Part shown: positions 13,191-25,778 of the stretch, in pieces
How the letters are laid out: every line of letters starts with the position of its first letter
How positions within the stretch are numbered: position 1 is the stretch's first letter
Assembly (NCBI RefSeq): GCF_004010195.1
Contig: NC_057718.1
Location: forward strand, 51,716,373-51,780,372
Direction of reading: 5' to 3'
Length of the DNA: 64,000 nt
From: Chiloscyllium plagiosum
Taxonomy: Eukaryota
The notes under the pieces: model-generated
What the model saw: only the letters and a program-made list of their open reading frames with translations
Told to the model about the DNA's origin: nothing
The model's database searches: none
Translations under genes and position numbers: made by a program

Positions 13191-14998
13191 TGAAAGGTTT
13201 TTCACATAATTATCCATTGCACCACCCTTTCATGCTATGCAACAAAGTCCCACTCACCCATTAGCACTTCCTGGAGCTCAGCATATTTGGCCTGATACTC
13301 CAGATCAGCTGCAGACACATTCACAAATTACACTTATGCACCCAGTTCCCACCATCTCGATGTCCTTCCAGCTACTGAACAACGGCAGGCACATTATGCA
13401 AGTGCAGTACAACACAATCACTATCATTCGTTCTCCTTGCATGCTAGAACATGACTCAAAATTGAAAGAAGCAAAGCAGAATCGGAGGGGACAAGGAAGT
13501 GAATGAACTGCAATGAACTCTGTGGCATTCATTGTTACTATGACATTAAGGATGACGGTCTATGCATCTTTTCAACTCCCACCTCACCATTTTCCTGGTA
13601 ACCAGCATGAACAGCAAGCTGCAGACATTGTGACCAGGGACATCTTGCTTTTCTCTTGATCTCCTTTGCTTGCCCCATTTTCTGTTCTCATACACCCCAA
13701 AACTGCTGCCTCCCTATCCTCAGCTTACCCAGGAGGAGATAGAGCATAACTCTGAAGAAGATACTTCATCACCTGAACCACAGCCACAAGCTCTGACAAA
13801 GGCACTGTCTGTGCCTCAGATGTCAGAAATGAAATGGGATCTGCACATGTTGTGTCACAAGGCATAAGTGGGCTACCACCATTGCTGGAGAAAAGGTTAG
13901 TTTATGTGTCAACAAATCACAAACAAAGGATACTCTCTGCTATGGGGACAATATAAAGGTAAGGCTGGCTCCTGTAGCACCATGTCCACTGCGTATTGCA
14001 ATTTCATACCTTTTTAATTGAAACAATTCACAATAATTGTTGATAGTATTTTTTTTCAAACTCCAAATTCCATTGCCATCTTGTCTTAACTGGAAGAATA
14101 TTACTCTAACCAGGAATGGGAGATACAAGAAGAAATGTTTCAAACTAACCTTAGCGTTCAATACTTTGTTGTGTACCCTCCCATTTTGAATTTTTCAACA
14201 TCCATGCTGTTCATTGTGATATTCAGATAATTATTTTTCACTGCATAGGCAGTACTCTAGCAGAGGGCATCATCCACTCAAAGAACGGGTGTGTCTTCAT
14301 ACAATGCTCAGTTTAGAATGATCCTAACATTGCTCTTCCAGACCAGAGTATGATCAGTCGAATTTTTAAAGTGTTTTTAGCCGATGTAAGTTACTTCAAC
14401 AAAATGATTAAATGGCATCTTAAAATATTGAGGTAAGTGTATTTTATAGCAAAGACAACATATAATATACTTGCACTTGTGTTGAAACTTGAATTATTTG
14501 AGTCAATATTTTTCAAGTATCTTTACTTATATGTAATTTACATTAGAACTCAAAGACAGTATTTTCACCGACTTTATCACAGAACATCCCATATCTCACC
14601 CACTTTCATTTCCTCCTTTCTAAAATTACGATGTCTTTCTGGAGCAATAGTTTCACGAGCACCAGTTGTGCTCTTTTATCTCTCTCAAGTAAAAATAATA
14701 CTGTGAATCTTTCTTATAGATCAGGCATGACTGCAAAATTTAAATCTGGAGCCATTAACTTAATAAATGGAAATAATTCATTGTTGTGATTTGTTTACAA
14801 CCTATACCAAACTATATTTCATGTCTGCAAGGTTTGGGTTTTGGGCTTGATTTACAATTATGAACAAAATGACAAAGATTTCAGTCCAAGATGGACATTT
14901 GCTTTGTTTTGTTTCCAATCTACTGGAGATAATTCTCCATTATAACCTGCATACTAGTACCAATTTCACCAAGAAACTATTTCCAAGACTTCACTTAC

Positions 14999-15034
14999 CT
15001 GAGCCTATGCTGTTTATGGTGTGGGTTTGTGCCT
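14999..15034 (-). CDS. Candidate additional 36-nt cassette microexon at SS3: (E/K)AQTHTINSIGS(G)
   Basis: aaaaatgcattttcag|AG GCA CAA ACC CAC ACC ATA AAC AGC ATA GGC TCA G|gtaagtg. Length is a multiple of 3, there is no stop in the required phase-1 frame, the donor is perfect consensus and UGC sits at -11. The pyrimidine tract is weak and there is no transcript evidence. Confidence 0.4.
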
Positions 15035-16465
15035 CTGAAAATGCATTTTTGACCATTGCAGCCAGTTCCATGTTTTTAGTTGAGGTTGCAATAGTGGATG
15101 ATCAGCTCAAAGGTCAATATCTGTTTCGAATTACTTCCTGATTTCTGACTTTCCTTCTCTTTGTAAGCTGTATTTCAGAACTGTCAGCATGAAGAGTGTA
15201 CGTCAGAGCAATTAAAATTAGATCAGGGTGGTGTAGAAAGCTTACGCCTATTTCAGATCCAGACTCTATAAGGTCAAATTGCTCTCCTAGTAGTGAAATA
15301 ATGTACATGACCTCGAAACACACCTGAGCCAGAATGCAGAGAAATACCCGGATGAAAATGAAACCTGTTTCCTCTTGGAGAGAGTGATGCAAAAGTGACT
15401 TTACAGAGACTTTAAAAGGAAAAACATCTTCACAAAAGTAATTTCTCAAGTAGGAAAACATGTTATATGATGATAGACTGCTATGTTACCACACAAGATA
15501 GAATGACTGAAAGTAAACAGTGACATCAGTTGCCCAAATTTGATGATGTTATCTGCATTTTCTGTCTTTTGGGTGTTAATCCTATCCCAAGTGGTTAAGA
15601 ATCCCTGTGAACTAGTCATTAAAATGGATTAGTGTCCTATTGGGAATGTGTCTTGTTAGGCAGTGTAGGTTGCAATGAAAATGTACATGACATCATCAGT
15701 AGACAATGCAATTATCTCACTAACAGTATACATCCTAATACATTTAAAAATACTTTAATTGCACCATGTAAATCAATATAACAATTTTAAAAAATGAACC
15801 AACAAACTATGGAGTTCCCATTTATGGGCTGTCCTGTGCATAAGACACATTTGCAAATCCATGAGCAGACGGTAACATCCTTTGACTAAAAATGAAAGCT
15901 GTAACAAGTTAAGACTATGCAAAACCAACGTCATTTTTAAAAATAGAAATCATTTGAGATGCATGTACGCTTCCTTAATACCATTTTTAATGAAATAGTC
16001 TTATAAAAGTTTATCTTCTATTTAGTTTCTCCACTTGGCTAAGTAAGGTGAATGGAGCCATTCATAGAAACTACTCTAAAATAATTGTTTGAAGACAATA
16101 CAAAAGTATTAGTATTTAGTCAGGACACAAAGGGCTGTTATACCTTGGGGTTTTTTTTGAGGATTGTTAGATAAATCTTTTAGTCTGTTTACAGGGTGAA
16201 AAAGTGGAATCAACTTTGTGGAACTGAAAAATGATGTTATCAAATATACCACTAATGTTATCTTTTCAAGTCACTGACAGAACTTATTTCAGAGCTTTTG
16301 CCAAACTGCCATTATATTAGTCATATTAGCAAGAGATTTGATTAAAAAAATTCTTTGGTTATTTTTATCCTGCAAAATTATTGTGCAGGATTTATCCTAC
16401 AGGTCTGGTTAGTAGAGGGAAGTCACAATCCATTCCTTTTCTACATTTTTAAATCCTTTAATTAA

Positions 16466-16526
16466 CATGCAAAGAGGTTTACTTTTCCATGCATTATCTT
16501 AAGCATTTTTAAAGTGAAGTCATGCA
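16466..16526 (-). promoter_or_regulatory. Cluster of three UGCAUG (RBFOX) intronic splicing elements downstream of the SS3 microexon
   Basis: catgca on + at 16466-16471, 16488-16493 and 16521-16526 (TGCATG on the sense strand), about 530-590 nt downstream of the microexon donor. Confidence 0.65.
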
Positions 16527-17051
16527 GATTATATATTCAACTAGATGTATCTATGATTCCTTCCCACCATTGATGTGCAGTGAGCAGGGTGAAAAAAAAT
16601 GTTTCTTCAAATGAGGTCTTGGATAAATGTAAATCACAACAAGATCAATCACACTCACTTGACAAAGGTGTAAAATTACATTAGTCCTTACAAATAATAC
16701 ATAGGCCATTGTGCTTTCTTATCTTGTCATTAATTGCCCATAAATTGCAAAGATTTAAAGGCATTCCTTTATCTCATCAATCTCACACATACCACTAAAT
16801 AAATCTAAGCCCATATTCTAAATGATATAAAAATTAATTGATAGAAATACTTTTTTGAACAATAGTCATTACAAAGAAAAACATGTTTTAACACCCTGGC
16901 AAGTTCATTGCAGTTTTCTAGTCTGAGCAGATCAGTACATCTCAATTTCTTAACATATATTGGTGAGTCTATGAAAAGAATAAATTCTACTTTAGCAAAT
17001 CGTTTTAAAAGTAGGAGAGAAAGAGTGAAAAAGCTTTGAACAGCAACTTAC

Positions 17052-17078
17052 TGTTATTACAGTTAATCCTGATACAGT
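17052..17078 (-). CDS. NRXN1: Neurexin splice site 3 (SS3/AS3) cassette microexon, 27 nt: (D)CIRINCNN(S)
   Basis: ttccctatctag|AC TGT ATC AGG ATT AAC TGT AAT AAC A|gtaagt. Matches the known NRXN1/3 SS3 insert DCIRINCNS. It lies 4153 nt downstream of the 204-nt exon and preserves frame. Confidence 0.96.
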
Positions 17079-17183
17079 CTAGATAGGGAAGAATAGATGA
17101 AAAATGAAATTATATCCTTCAAGGTAACAGCTGCAGACATCCACAAAAATTACATTCCACCCTTCCGGGGACAGACACATGCA
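17079..17183 (-). promoter_or_regulatory. 3' splice-site region of the SS3 microexon with tandem YCAY (NOVA-type) motifs and an upstream UGCAUG
   Basis: The sense strand reads ...aatttcatttttcatctattcttccctatctag; TGCATG at 17183-17178. Confidence 0.4.
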
Positions 17184-20100
17184 AATGTGGCCATTTTACT
17201 GTGGACTTTCCTCTGTCCTGTTAACAAATCTTAATAACGTAGTGGCCTCTGTACATTATAATCTATTATTTGGCCTACTTTATATCTTGAATTAAAATAG
17301 AACATAAGATGGCCACCTGCAAACATCAGCTACATGATCCCTAAACCTAGATAAAAAATAAAATTTTTCTCACGTCAAAGATATTTGACCCAGACAAGCC
17401 ACAGACCTTTCCTCATGTGTGAAAGAACACTGCTGCCCACTATGAAAATAGGCAGTGCTCCATCATACCGGGGTACAAGTTGTAATTTGGCAAGATCACC
17501 TATCTGTGACCACTTTTAGATTCTTCAAAGGCTTAAAACAAAGATTCCATTAATTTGCTTGCATAAAAGAATTAAAAACTGAAACCCGAAATGCATTAGC
17601 AATTTGGAATTGTAACTTAAATAAGGAACAATCATTGGACATTTGTGAGAAGACACAAAGCAACTGACGGAAATACATTTTACGGTTCGGGAGAAGATTC
17701 TAAACCAGAACTCGTCATCCACGTAATAAAAATTCTTGAAAATATTATATTTTGCCACAGTTAAACGATCAAAACATGCACAAGATCTTTTTCTTCAAAG
17801 AGATGGGAAGAAAAACTGAAAATTCTACATTAATTATGGAGATATTGAGAGAGTATTTTGAGTGTTATACGTCCAATACCAAAACATTTTGACAGCTGTG
17901 TTCTGACTGATTAAGAAAATCTTAAACACCCTTGAAGAATTTCATTCATAAAAATTCCAGGTTAATTTTCATGTAGCTGGGTTTGTCATGTGTCGTCAAC
18001 CGCAACAGAAAAGTGGTTGCAAACAGCCAAAGACCAAAGTGTACACATCTCCTTACAAAAAATGCTGTGCTTTTAAACACCTCAGCAGCTATTTTAAAAC
18101 ATATTTATTATTAAGCATGGAAAATTTTGGTCTTGGAGTCATGGGAAATGATACCACAAAGATCCAAGAGGAGATGTTTGCAGAACTCTTGTCATTTAAT
18201 TATGAGGGTAAGGGATACAAGCAAACATTTCACCAACACTATCATCAATAGTGGATTTATTTTTCATAACTTGTATGTTTATGTTTGTTGCAGATTGTTT
18301 ATTTCAATTGGAACTAATTAAAATAGTGTTTTTCAAAGTAATGATCTCCTGTCCGGCATCTGGTAAACATGTTCCGAGCGATTTTCCAAAATGAAAGACA
18401 ACAAGAAAATGTCATAAAAATAGTGATTCTTGGGCACAAAGCTGGTGCAGGTAGAAGTCATTGCTATGAATCTTCAATAAATCATGATCAAAACAGCTAC
18501 AAGATTAATAAATTGGATTTCCTTTTTCGAATAGGGGTTAAAAGAAAACCATGATCTTATCTGATATTATGATATTAAGATTTCTATGGCGAGCCAAAAA
18601 TCACATCGAAAACTAGGCAAGCTTTCCTTTCTATGTGGTAAAGGTTTTCGTTATATGGAATACATCCATGAAAAGAATAAAATTGCTTGAAAATTGTTGG
18701 ACAACCAAATGGGAACAAGAACTGCATTAAAGAATCACCAGGACCTGTTGCAAAATAGGGTGTCAAAGGTGCAACAGAATGCAGAAATCAATTACAATGT
18801 GAACCTATGCACGTAGCACCAATTACTGGGTCAAAAGGGAGGCATGTACTATTGGAGTTCATTATTCTGGGGATTCCGAAATCAAAGCAGATTGGGATGT
18901 TTTTTTGGATTCAGAGATTTTTCTTTTTATCTCTCTTCCAATTAAGATTATTTCAAATGTTCCATTTAAATGAGATTGCTGCTATTCACTTGACAAGCCA
19001 CTTGACTTTTTCACTCTGCCGCAGTAGGAAGAATGACAGTTTTGTCATCTTCAGAAAATGACATTTGGTATTTTTCCTTGTTTTTCACAGGATTGTACTC
19101 TCTCTCTCTACATGCCAATCCAAAGGTGGTAAATAATGTTTTGGGAGAATGTTTTTACGTTGCCAAACTTACAGATTTATATCTTGTGTTATAAATAAAC
19201 ATTTTTAAAGGCTATTGGTGGTTTGGAAAAATGAGATGAAACATTGGAAAATTGTTTACCTTAAAACACATTTGTGCAATCTACCACAACTGAGAGGTTT
19301 TGGTCACATTATAACATGTGATACAAATCTCCAAACTTTTATCAATGTCATCCAGTCCAAAGGGCTGTGATAAAACATCAGACAGCACACCCATCTCTGG
19401 TTGGTTATTAATATATACAACTAGTTTAACAAAAATAAAAAATCCATTTCATGGTTCAGTTGTTGTGCTGAAAAAGCTGTCCTCCTGAATGAGAAGCATG
19501 AATCTGAAACACCTTCGAGAATGATGGATATAACTGCCAAACCTTCCAAGTCCAGACATGAATTTTGCCAATTTCACAGGACCCAAGTTGAGGAACAGAG
19601 ATAAAATTAGTCATTTTATATCTTGTGCAATCGTATGGCCAGTCATCTAACCAATTAAAAGTTGACAGCTTTGAAATTTCAGGGAAACAAGTTGAATTTC
19701 CAGCACGACCAGCTGGAATACAGGCTAGGTTGCAACTTTGACATGAATCAAGTCATTTGGCTTTAAGTTTGAAATTCCAATCTTGGGGGAAATGTGTCTA
19801 GTTTTTTTTTGTTTAGTGTGTGCAGAAAATAATATATCATAATTACAATACAAGTCAAGGAGAAGAAGGAGGTGGACGTTTTGATGAAATTGTTCAAAGC
19901 ACTTGTCTCATATATGAGAATGAGCAGTGTTAGGAATATTATAGTTACGTGACCATCATGGGAAGCTAGTATCATTCCTGACCTCAAATAGTTTGCATAC
20001 ACTAATATGAATGAAATGGAGAGGCAGATTTCAACAACACTGCATATTCTTGTCCATCAACCTAACAAAATATTTTAAGCATAAATATTTTCAACTGCGG

Positions 20101-21231
20101 TGTGCAGAAATGCAAACGCATGCAATACTGGAAATGTATGTTTATTTCAATTTGTTTTTTTAAAGTATGAATTATGCATGTATTTCCATTTCCATGTTTG
20201 AATGAAACTAAAGCAAGCATTTTCACTGTAAAAGAGGCTGCACATTCTTGTTCACATGGCTGTTTGCTTAGGGCCGCAGACCTTGGCCTTTGAAGGGTTG
20301 TGTACCATCTTTTGATCCAAAACAAGTGTGTAACTATCACCACAATACAATAAAAATGGACTTTTAAAAATATGAATATGATTAGAATGAAGAGTAGTGG
20401 ATATAACATTTGTTAAAAACAAAGAGATGAAAGCAGAAGCCCATAAAGTTATTCAAGGGATAGTAAATTACTAATTTGTTGCAAAATATCTACTTTACAA
20501 AATAATTTTTCAAGTTCAAAGTTTCTCAACCTTGTATAACTACACAAGTAATGTACACTTAGAAAAACCTGGAGCTGGATGGGATTGCTTTGCATTTTCA
20601 ATAAAATATCATATCGAAGTTGGGAAAGACTCAGCAAGGTATTGCTCATGGAGACTGAAGCAAAGTTATAATTTTTGACTACTTCTATGCCTGTCCTCTT
20701 TAAACTACTCCACAAATATTGCTTGTGATGAAATGACTATAAAAGTGCATAAAGGCAACTACAGAACAAACATAGTTTCCTGTGAATATCCGGCACCAGA
20801 TCAATAGCAATCTTCTTTTTTTTTATTTGGAGATTATTTTGCACCCATCACATATTGCAATGTATGACAGAAATGTGTGAGATGCTATGTCTTCTATAAT
20901 GCTTGACAAATGGGCTTCTTGCTTCAGATACAAAGAAAATATAAAAATGAAATATGAATTCATTAAATGCATTTGAAAACGAAAGTTGTACTTTTAGTAT
21001 AAGAAACATTTCAAAAATGTATTATTCATAATGAAACAGAAATGATAATTTTGTTTATATGAAAAAGCCAAGTCTCAAAAGATGGGGTTATAACTTATGG
21101 CAACAAGTTTTATTGCATCTTTCATTCTTAAGTGTTTTTGTATTTTCAAGCAGATTCATGAAAACAACCTAATGAACCATTTAAAACAACTATAAAAAAA
21201 TGTGACGATGCAAAGTCAAAATGGGCGTTAC

Positions 21232-21435
21232 CTAGGTTGACAGTTAGTTTGACACGACCACCATCAAGTTCCAGTCTCAGAGTATCTGCTGAATCTCGGG
21301 AAGTGGTTGCCATCAAGATTCCGTATGCTCGTTGGGACATAAACCGCAATGATACATCCTCTGCTTCCGTGTGCATTACAACAGGTAGCTGGATTTTCAT
21401 AAACTTGCTTCCATCATAGCTCAGTATTGTTGCTT
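21232..21435 (-). CDS. NRXN1: Alpha-neurexin internal exon, 204 nt, phase 1-1: (E)[67 protein letters not shown] (N-terminal LNS4)
   Basis: Acceptor tttaatag|AA GCA; donor AAC CTA G|gtaacg. Joins the previous exon as G+AA = Glu, giving ...[14 protein letters not shown]..., as in vertebrate neurexins. Confidence 0.97.
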
Positions 21436-22020
21436 CTATTAAACATTGGAGGAAATAAAACATCCTGAATATATTTCAGTACATAATAATTCTAAATTTC
21501 AATTTCAAATCTTTCTAAATGCTGTGCCATTGAAGATTCAGCATTTTTCTGTTTTCTGGCAGTCTGTTTCAGCTTTGGGTTACAAAGATCATTACCCTCT
21601 CAGACAATTAGCTTTGTTGCACATATGCAATGTAAAATTCTGATTTTTGGATTGAAAATGCTTAATGTACAAATATGAATATCAAGACTCTTGAAAGAAT
21701 CACCAAAGTTCCATCAATCAAGATTAATCTTTAAGATATGTATTTAGATAAAATGCAAAAATACGACATTTTAAAACAGTTAAACAAATTAAAAGTAAAT
21801 GTTCAACTGTATTGATAATTTTGCGTTTGACTCACTGAATACTTTGAAAAACTATTGAAATACCTTTTCTTGTTCAAATGAAAGAATTAAATGCACAGTT
21901 TAATGTAAACATGGCTCAAACTTTGTTTTACATAAATAACTTACTGCTTTCTCAGACTATGTTGCTCCTCACGTTTGAAAAGATGTTGAACAGAAGAAAA
22001 TAAGCAGGATTCTTAAAGTA

Positions 22021-22188
22021 GGCAAAAGTGAGGACTGCAGATGCTGGAAATTAGATTAAGAGTGATACTGGAAAAGCACAGCATCTCAGGATCAGGAAAA
22101 TCGATGTTTTGGGCAAAAGCCCTTCATCAGGAATTCCTGCTCCTTGGATGCTGCCTGACCTGCTGTGCTTTTCCAGCACCACTCTAAT
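22021..22188. mobile_element. Fold-back Penelope-derived element with a degenerate minus-strand hammerhead
   Basis: Perfect 16-bp TSD caggattcttaaagta (22005-22020, 22189-22204). The minus strand reads ctgatgaagggcttttgcccAAAACATC (core mutated). The arms are inverted copies of the family tail. Confidence 0.85.
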
Positions 22189-24290
22189 CAGGATTCTTAA
22201 AGTACCAAGATGAGTTATTGTAAAATAAAGTAGAACAGCAACAAGGTTTGAACAGATGAAGTGAAATTTGCTCAGACTTTTTTGTCTATTTGGCACTAAA
22301 GATATTTTAAACCTGTGTTAGGAAAATGAAATCTTAACTTTGGATTCAAACCAAGTAACAATTCCTTAACATCTATGCAGTTTGCATAATACAAGTCAGA
22401 AAAGATAGGAGATAAAATAATAATCTCCTTTTGCTATTTACGTGGGTCATCTGGTGTTCAGGTTAAAGCTGACAGCACATGTTCCTTAGGATACTTGACA
22501 ACATTTACCCACAGCTGACCTGCAACACTCATCATAAGAAACACAAGATCTTAGAGCAAACACAAAGGATGGTTAGTGTTTTATTATTCAGTTATAATCT
22601 TTAACCATGTTTAGCTTTACTTGATGCTGCCTTTTTTTTGTTTGCCTTCCTCCACTTCTATTTCATTTACAGATTTTCTGAACAGAATGAATGTCCCTCA
22701 CTGTTTAAATGTTCTATCATTTTAAATGCTGTTACATGATTGTTAAAATACCACAGAATGCATTTGCGTGGGTGTTAGGGGAAAGTGGAGGGTAAAGAGA
22801 AAGAAGTAACTGTCAGCAAGAAATACTTATTTTGTGGAACAATCTATCAAAATGACAGCCTTGGATTAGTGATGACTTGTAATAGTTATTGGATACTTTT
22901 TTTTTCTTTGCAGCTAACTGAGAATGATATAAAGGTGATCCACTGATGCTAGGCAAAGACTGTCAGGAGGCATGTCAGCTCATTGTCATTGATTGTCACA
23001 CAATTGTTGATCCAAAGCCATCTTTCTGTCTACTGAAGTTCCTACTGAATTATTCTATGCGGAAAACAAATGTCAATGGGGATTATGTTCAAAAGAAAAG
23101 TCAATTCCTGATCAGTCCGGGAAACAAAAGCCGCACGTTGATCAATGACAGTTTGTGCACATCCTCCATATTTATTCTTAAACTTTCTCCACATTAAATG
23201 TCAATTGGGCGCATCTCCTTTGTTTTCACTTCAATTAATTCTGGCTTTGAACAGCATGTAGAAGCCTTTCAACTAAAAACCATGCTTTAATGACAGAAGT
23301 GGGTTGAAAACAAAACAAAATTCTGGAACAAATGGGCATAAATACTCAGTTTTATTTCTTTCTCTACAGCAGTGACTTCCTTAAATCAATTTCAAATAAT
23401 ATCAAAAGTTACCCTGAAGGGCAAGTCGTTCTTAAAAGGCGGAAGGTGTAATGATAAGTTTATAGAAATAAACCCAACAGGGAAGAAGCTTAATTAGAAA
23501 AATAATAGGCCAATTTAGGTTACATTGTGGAGATTTGGGAAGGTGTTCATGTCAAAACAAAATCTGCTTCCTAACCCCAAACTCACCTCCAGTCTGCAAC
23601 CATCCATTTCTGGCTTTAACTGGCTTCTGGCCTTTATCCACTATAGATGGTGCAGCCAATCAGATCCAAGAAGATGGACTGCAGTTTTAAATATAATATG
23701 AATTCTGTGAAACTCATTGAGGCTGTCATTGAGGAAATCAATCACTTAAATTACAAAAACCCTGTGGCTTTTAATCCTGAGTGACATGTTCTTCTCACCT
23801 TTCAGACTGACCCATTCCTGCATGTCAGGTTGGTGAGATCGTATCCTACACTTCTCTTTATTCTATGTTACAAAAGCAAAATATTGCAGAAGGGGAGAAC
23901 AAATATAGATAGGAAAATCTAGAGAGGGGCCCCGGTTAGCATTGGGCCTGGGAAGGAAAACACTTCTTTACCTTATTGTATCAAATTAGATTAGTTAATA
24001 ATGCTAACAGCTAGACTGAATGATAACATCATTCTCCAAACCTGATCACAACACTCTTACAACAATGGTGTGTGGTCTGCTAGCCATCAGCAAGGGATCC
24101 TCAGTCAACATTGCCAAAGGCAAGCAAACTGAAAATGTCTTCAGTGCAGCGCTATGGCTAACACCCATGGCAGTACTTGAAGAAATCACCTCACCAAATT
24201 CTGCAACACAAAGCCATGGTGGAAATGTCATACCTCCAGCTAAAGACCTGCATCTTGTGGAAGGCCTCAGCCAGTCTGCATACTTGACAG

Positions 24291-24500
24291 TGAGAAAATG
24301 AGGACTGCAGATGCTGGAGATCAGAGCGTGGTGCTGGAAAAACACAGCAGGTCAGGTAGCATCCGAGGAGGGGGAGAAGCGACGTTTGGGCATCAGCCCT
24401 TCATCTCATTCCTAATGAAGGGTTTATGTCTGAAACGTTGATTCTCCTGCTCCTCAGATACTGCCTGACCTGCTGTGCTTTTCTAGCACCACACTCTCGA
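24291..24500. mobile_element. Palindromic Penelope-derived element with two divergent, degenerate hammerhead remnants
   Basis: 15-bp TSD ctgcat(a/g)cttgacag (24276-24290, 24501-24515); inverted arms of about 90 bp centred near 24405. Confidence 0.85.
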
Positions 24501-24789
24501 CTGCATGCTTGACAGACTGGTATCACTGAATTGATTGATCAGGTCTTGAATAGTCTTTGGAGTCTCTTAGATGTTTAATAATCTTCTGGTTAGTGTGCTA
24601 CATTGTCAAGATCCTGAGAAGACAGGATTGACAGGGAAACTGCCAAAATTAAGGAGCTCGTTAAAGCTACTGATTCATACTTTGGGAATCACAGGACAAC
24701 TCTGAACAACAGAAACAAAACCAGCAAGGACACTCAGTGTATTGCAGCCAATTTTGACTTCCTTTCTAATGATCTCAGTCAGGCACCAG

Positions 24790-25305
24790 CTGAGTGTTAA
24801 GATCTGGTCTCACTCCTATAGGAAGGATGGTGTGAAACTTGAAAAGGTTCAGAAAAGATTTACAAAAATATTGCCAGTTTTGGAGGGGTTAAGCTACAGG
24901 GAGAAGCTGAATAGGCTAGGGCTGTTTTCCGTGGAACGTCGGAAGCTGAGGGTGACATCATATAATCAGGATAAATAGACTAGGTCTTTTCCCTGGCGTG
25001 GGAGAGTCCAGAACTAAAGGGCATAGGTTTGGAATGAGAGGGGAAAGATTTAAAAGGGACCTAAGGGGTAGCATTTTCACGCAAACCGTGGTGTGTGTAT
25101 GGAATCAGCTGCCAGAGGAAGTGATGGAGGCTAGTATAATTACAGCATTTAAAGGCATCTGGATGGGTATATGAATAGATGGGTTTAGAGGGATATGGAC
25201 CAAATGCTGGCAAATGGGACTACATTAATTTAGGATATTTGGCTGGCATGGATGAGTTGGACTGAAGGGCCTGTTTCCATGCTGTACATCTCTATGACTC
25301 TATGA
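24790..25305 (+). mobile_element. CR1 LINE 3' end
   Basis: YRKDGVKLEKVQKRFTKILPVLEGLSYREKLNRLGLFSVERRKLR and a tctatgac repeat tail. Confidence 0.9.
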
Positions 25306-25562
25306 ACTGTGCATTTGTATGAGTATCAATATATAACTTAAATGAAACATTTAAACTAACTAAATTCTATGCTCTCTATTGATCAGAAACAACCACTGCA
25401 AAGCAGTATCGAGATAAATATAAATGAGAAGATTCACAACGAAACTACAAGAATGCAGAGAAATATTTATATTCACATCTCTCGAGCTGCACTGAGGATA
25501 TACAAAAAAAGGCATGAAGGGTACTGTATATCTTGTCGGTTGTAATTTATACTTTCTCTGCA

Positions 25563-25778
25563 CAGGCAATCCCTAGATTGCGAACTGGTTCTGTTCTTGA
25601 GATTGTTCGTGAGTCAATTTGTAGCATGTTAGAACACAAGCAGGATGAGATAAAATAGCCGCTTATAAGTAAGGGAAGGATTTGTACATTGGATCTTTAA
25701 AATTATTCCCCTGTATGCAATCGTGTTCCTCAGTATGAGTATTCATAAGTCAGATGTTTGTAAATTGGGGGACAGGTA
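25563..25778. mobile_element. Tigger-like MITE remnant
   Basis: caggcaatccctagattgcgaac at the left end and gtttgtaaattgggggac at the right end are imperfect inverted termini. Confidence 0.5.

Noticed and set aside
21436..21463. ORF-track N-terminus MFYFLQCLI and C-terminal extension GNAHFDF… of ORF 21146-21463
   Set aside because: Intronic read-through beyond the AG (21437-21436) and GT (21231-21230) splice sites; neurexin similarity stops exactly at the boundaries.
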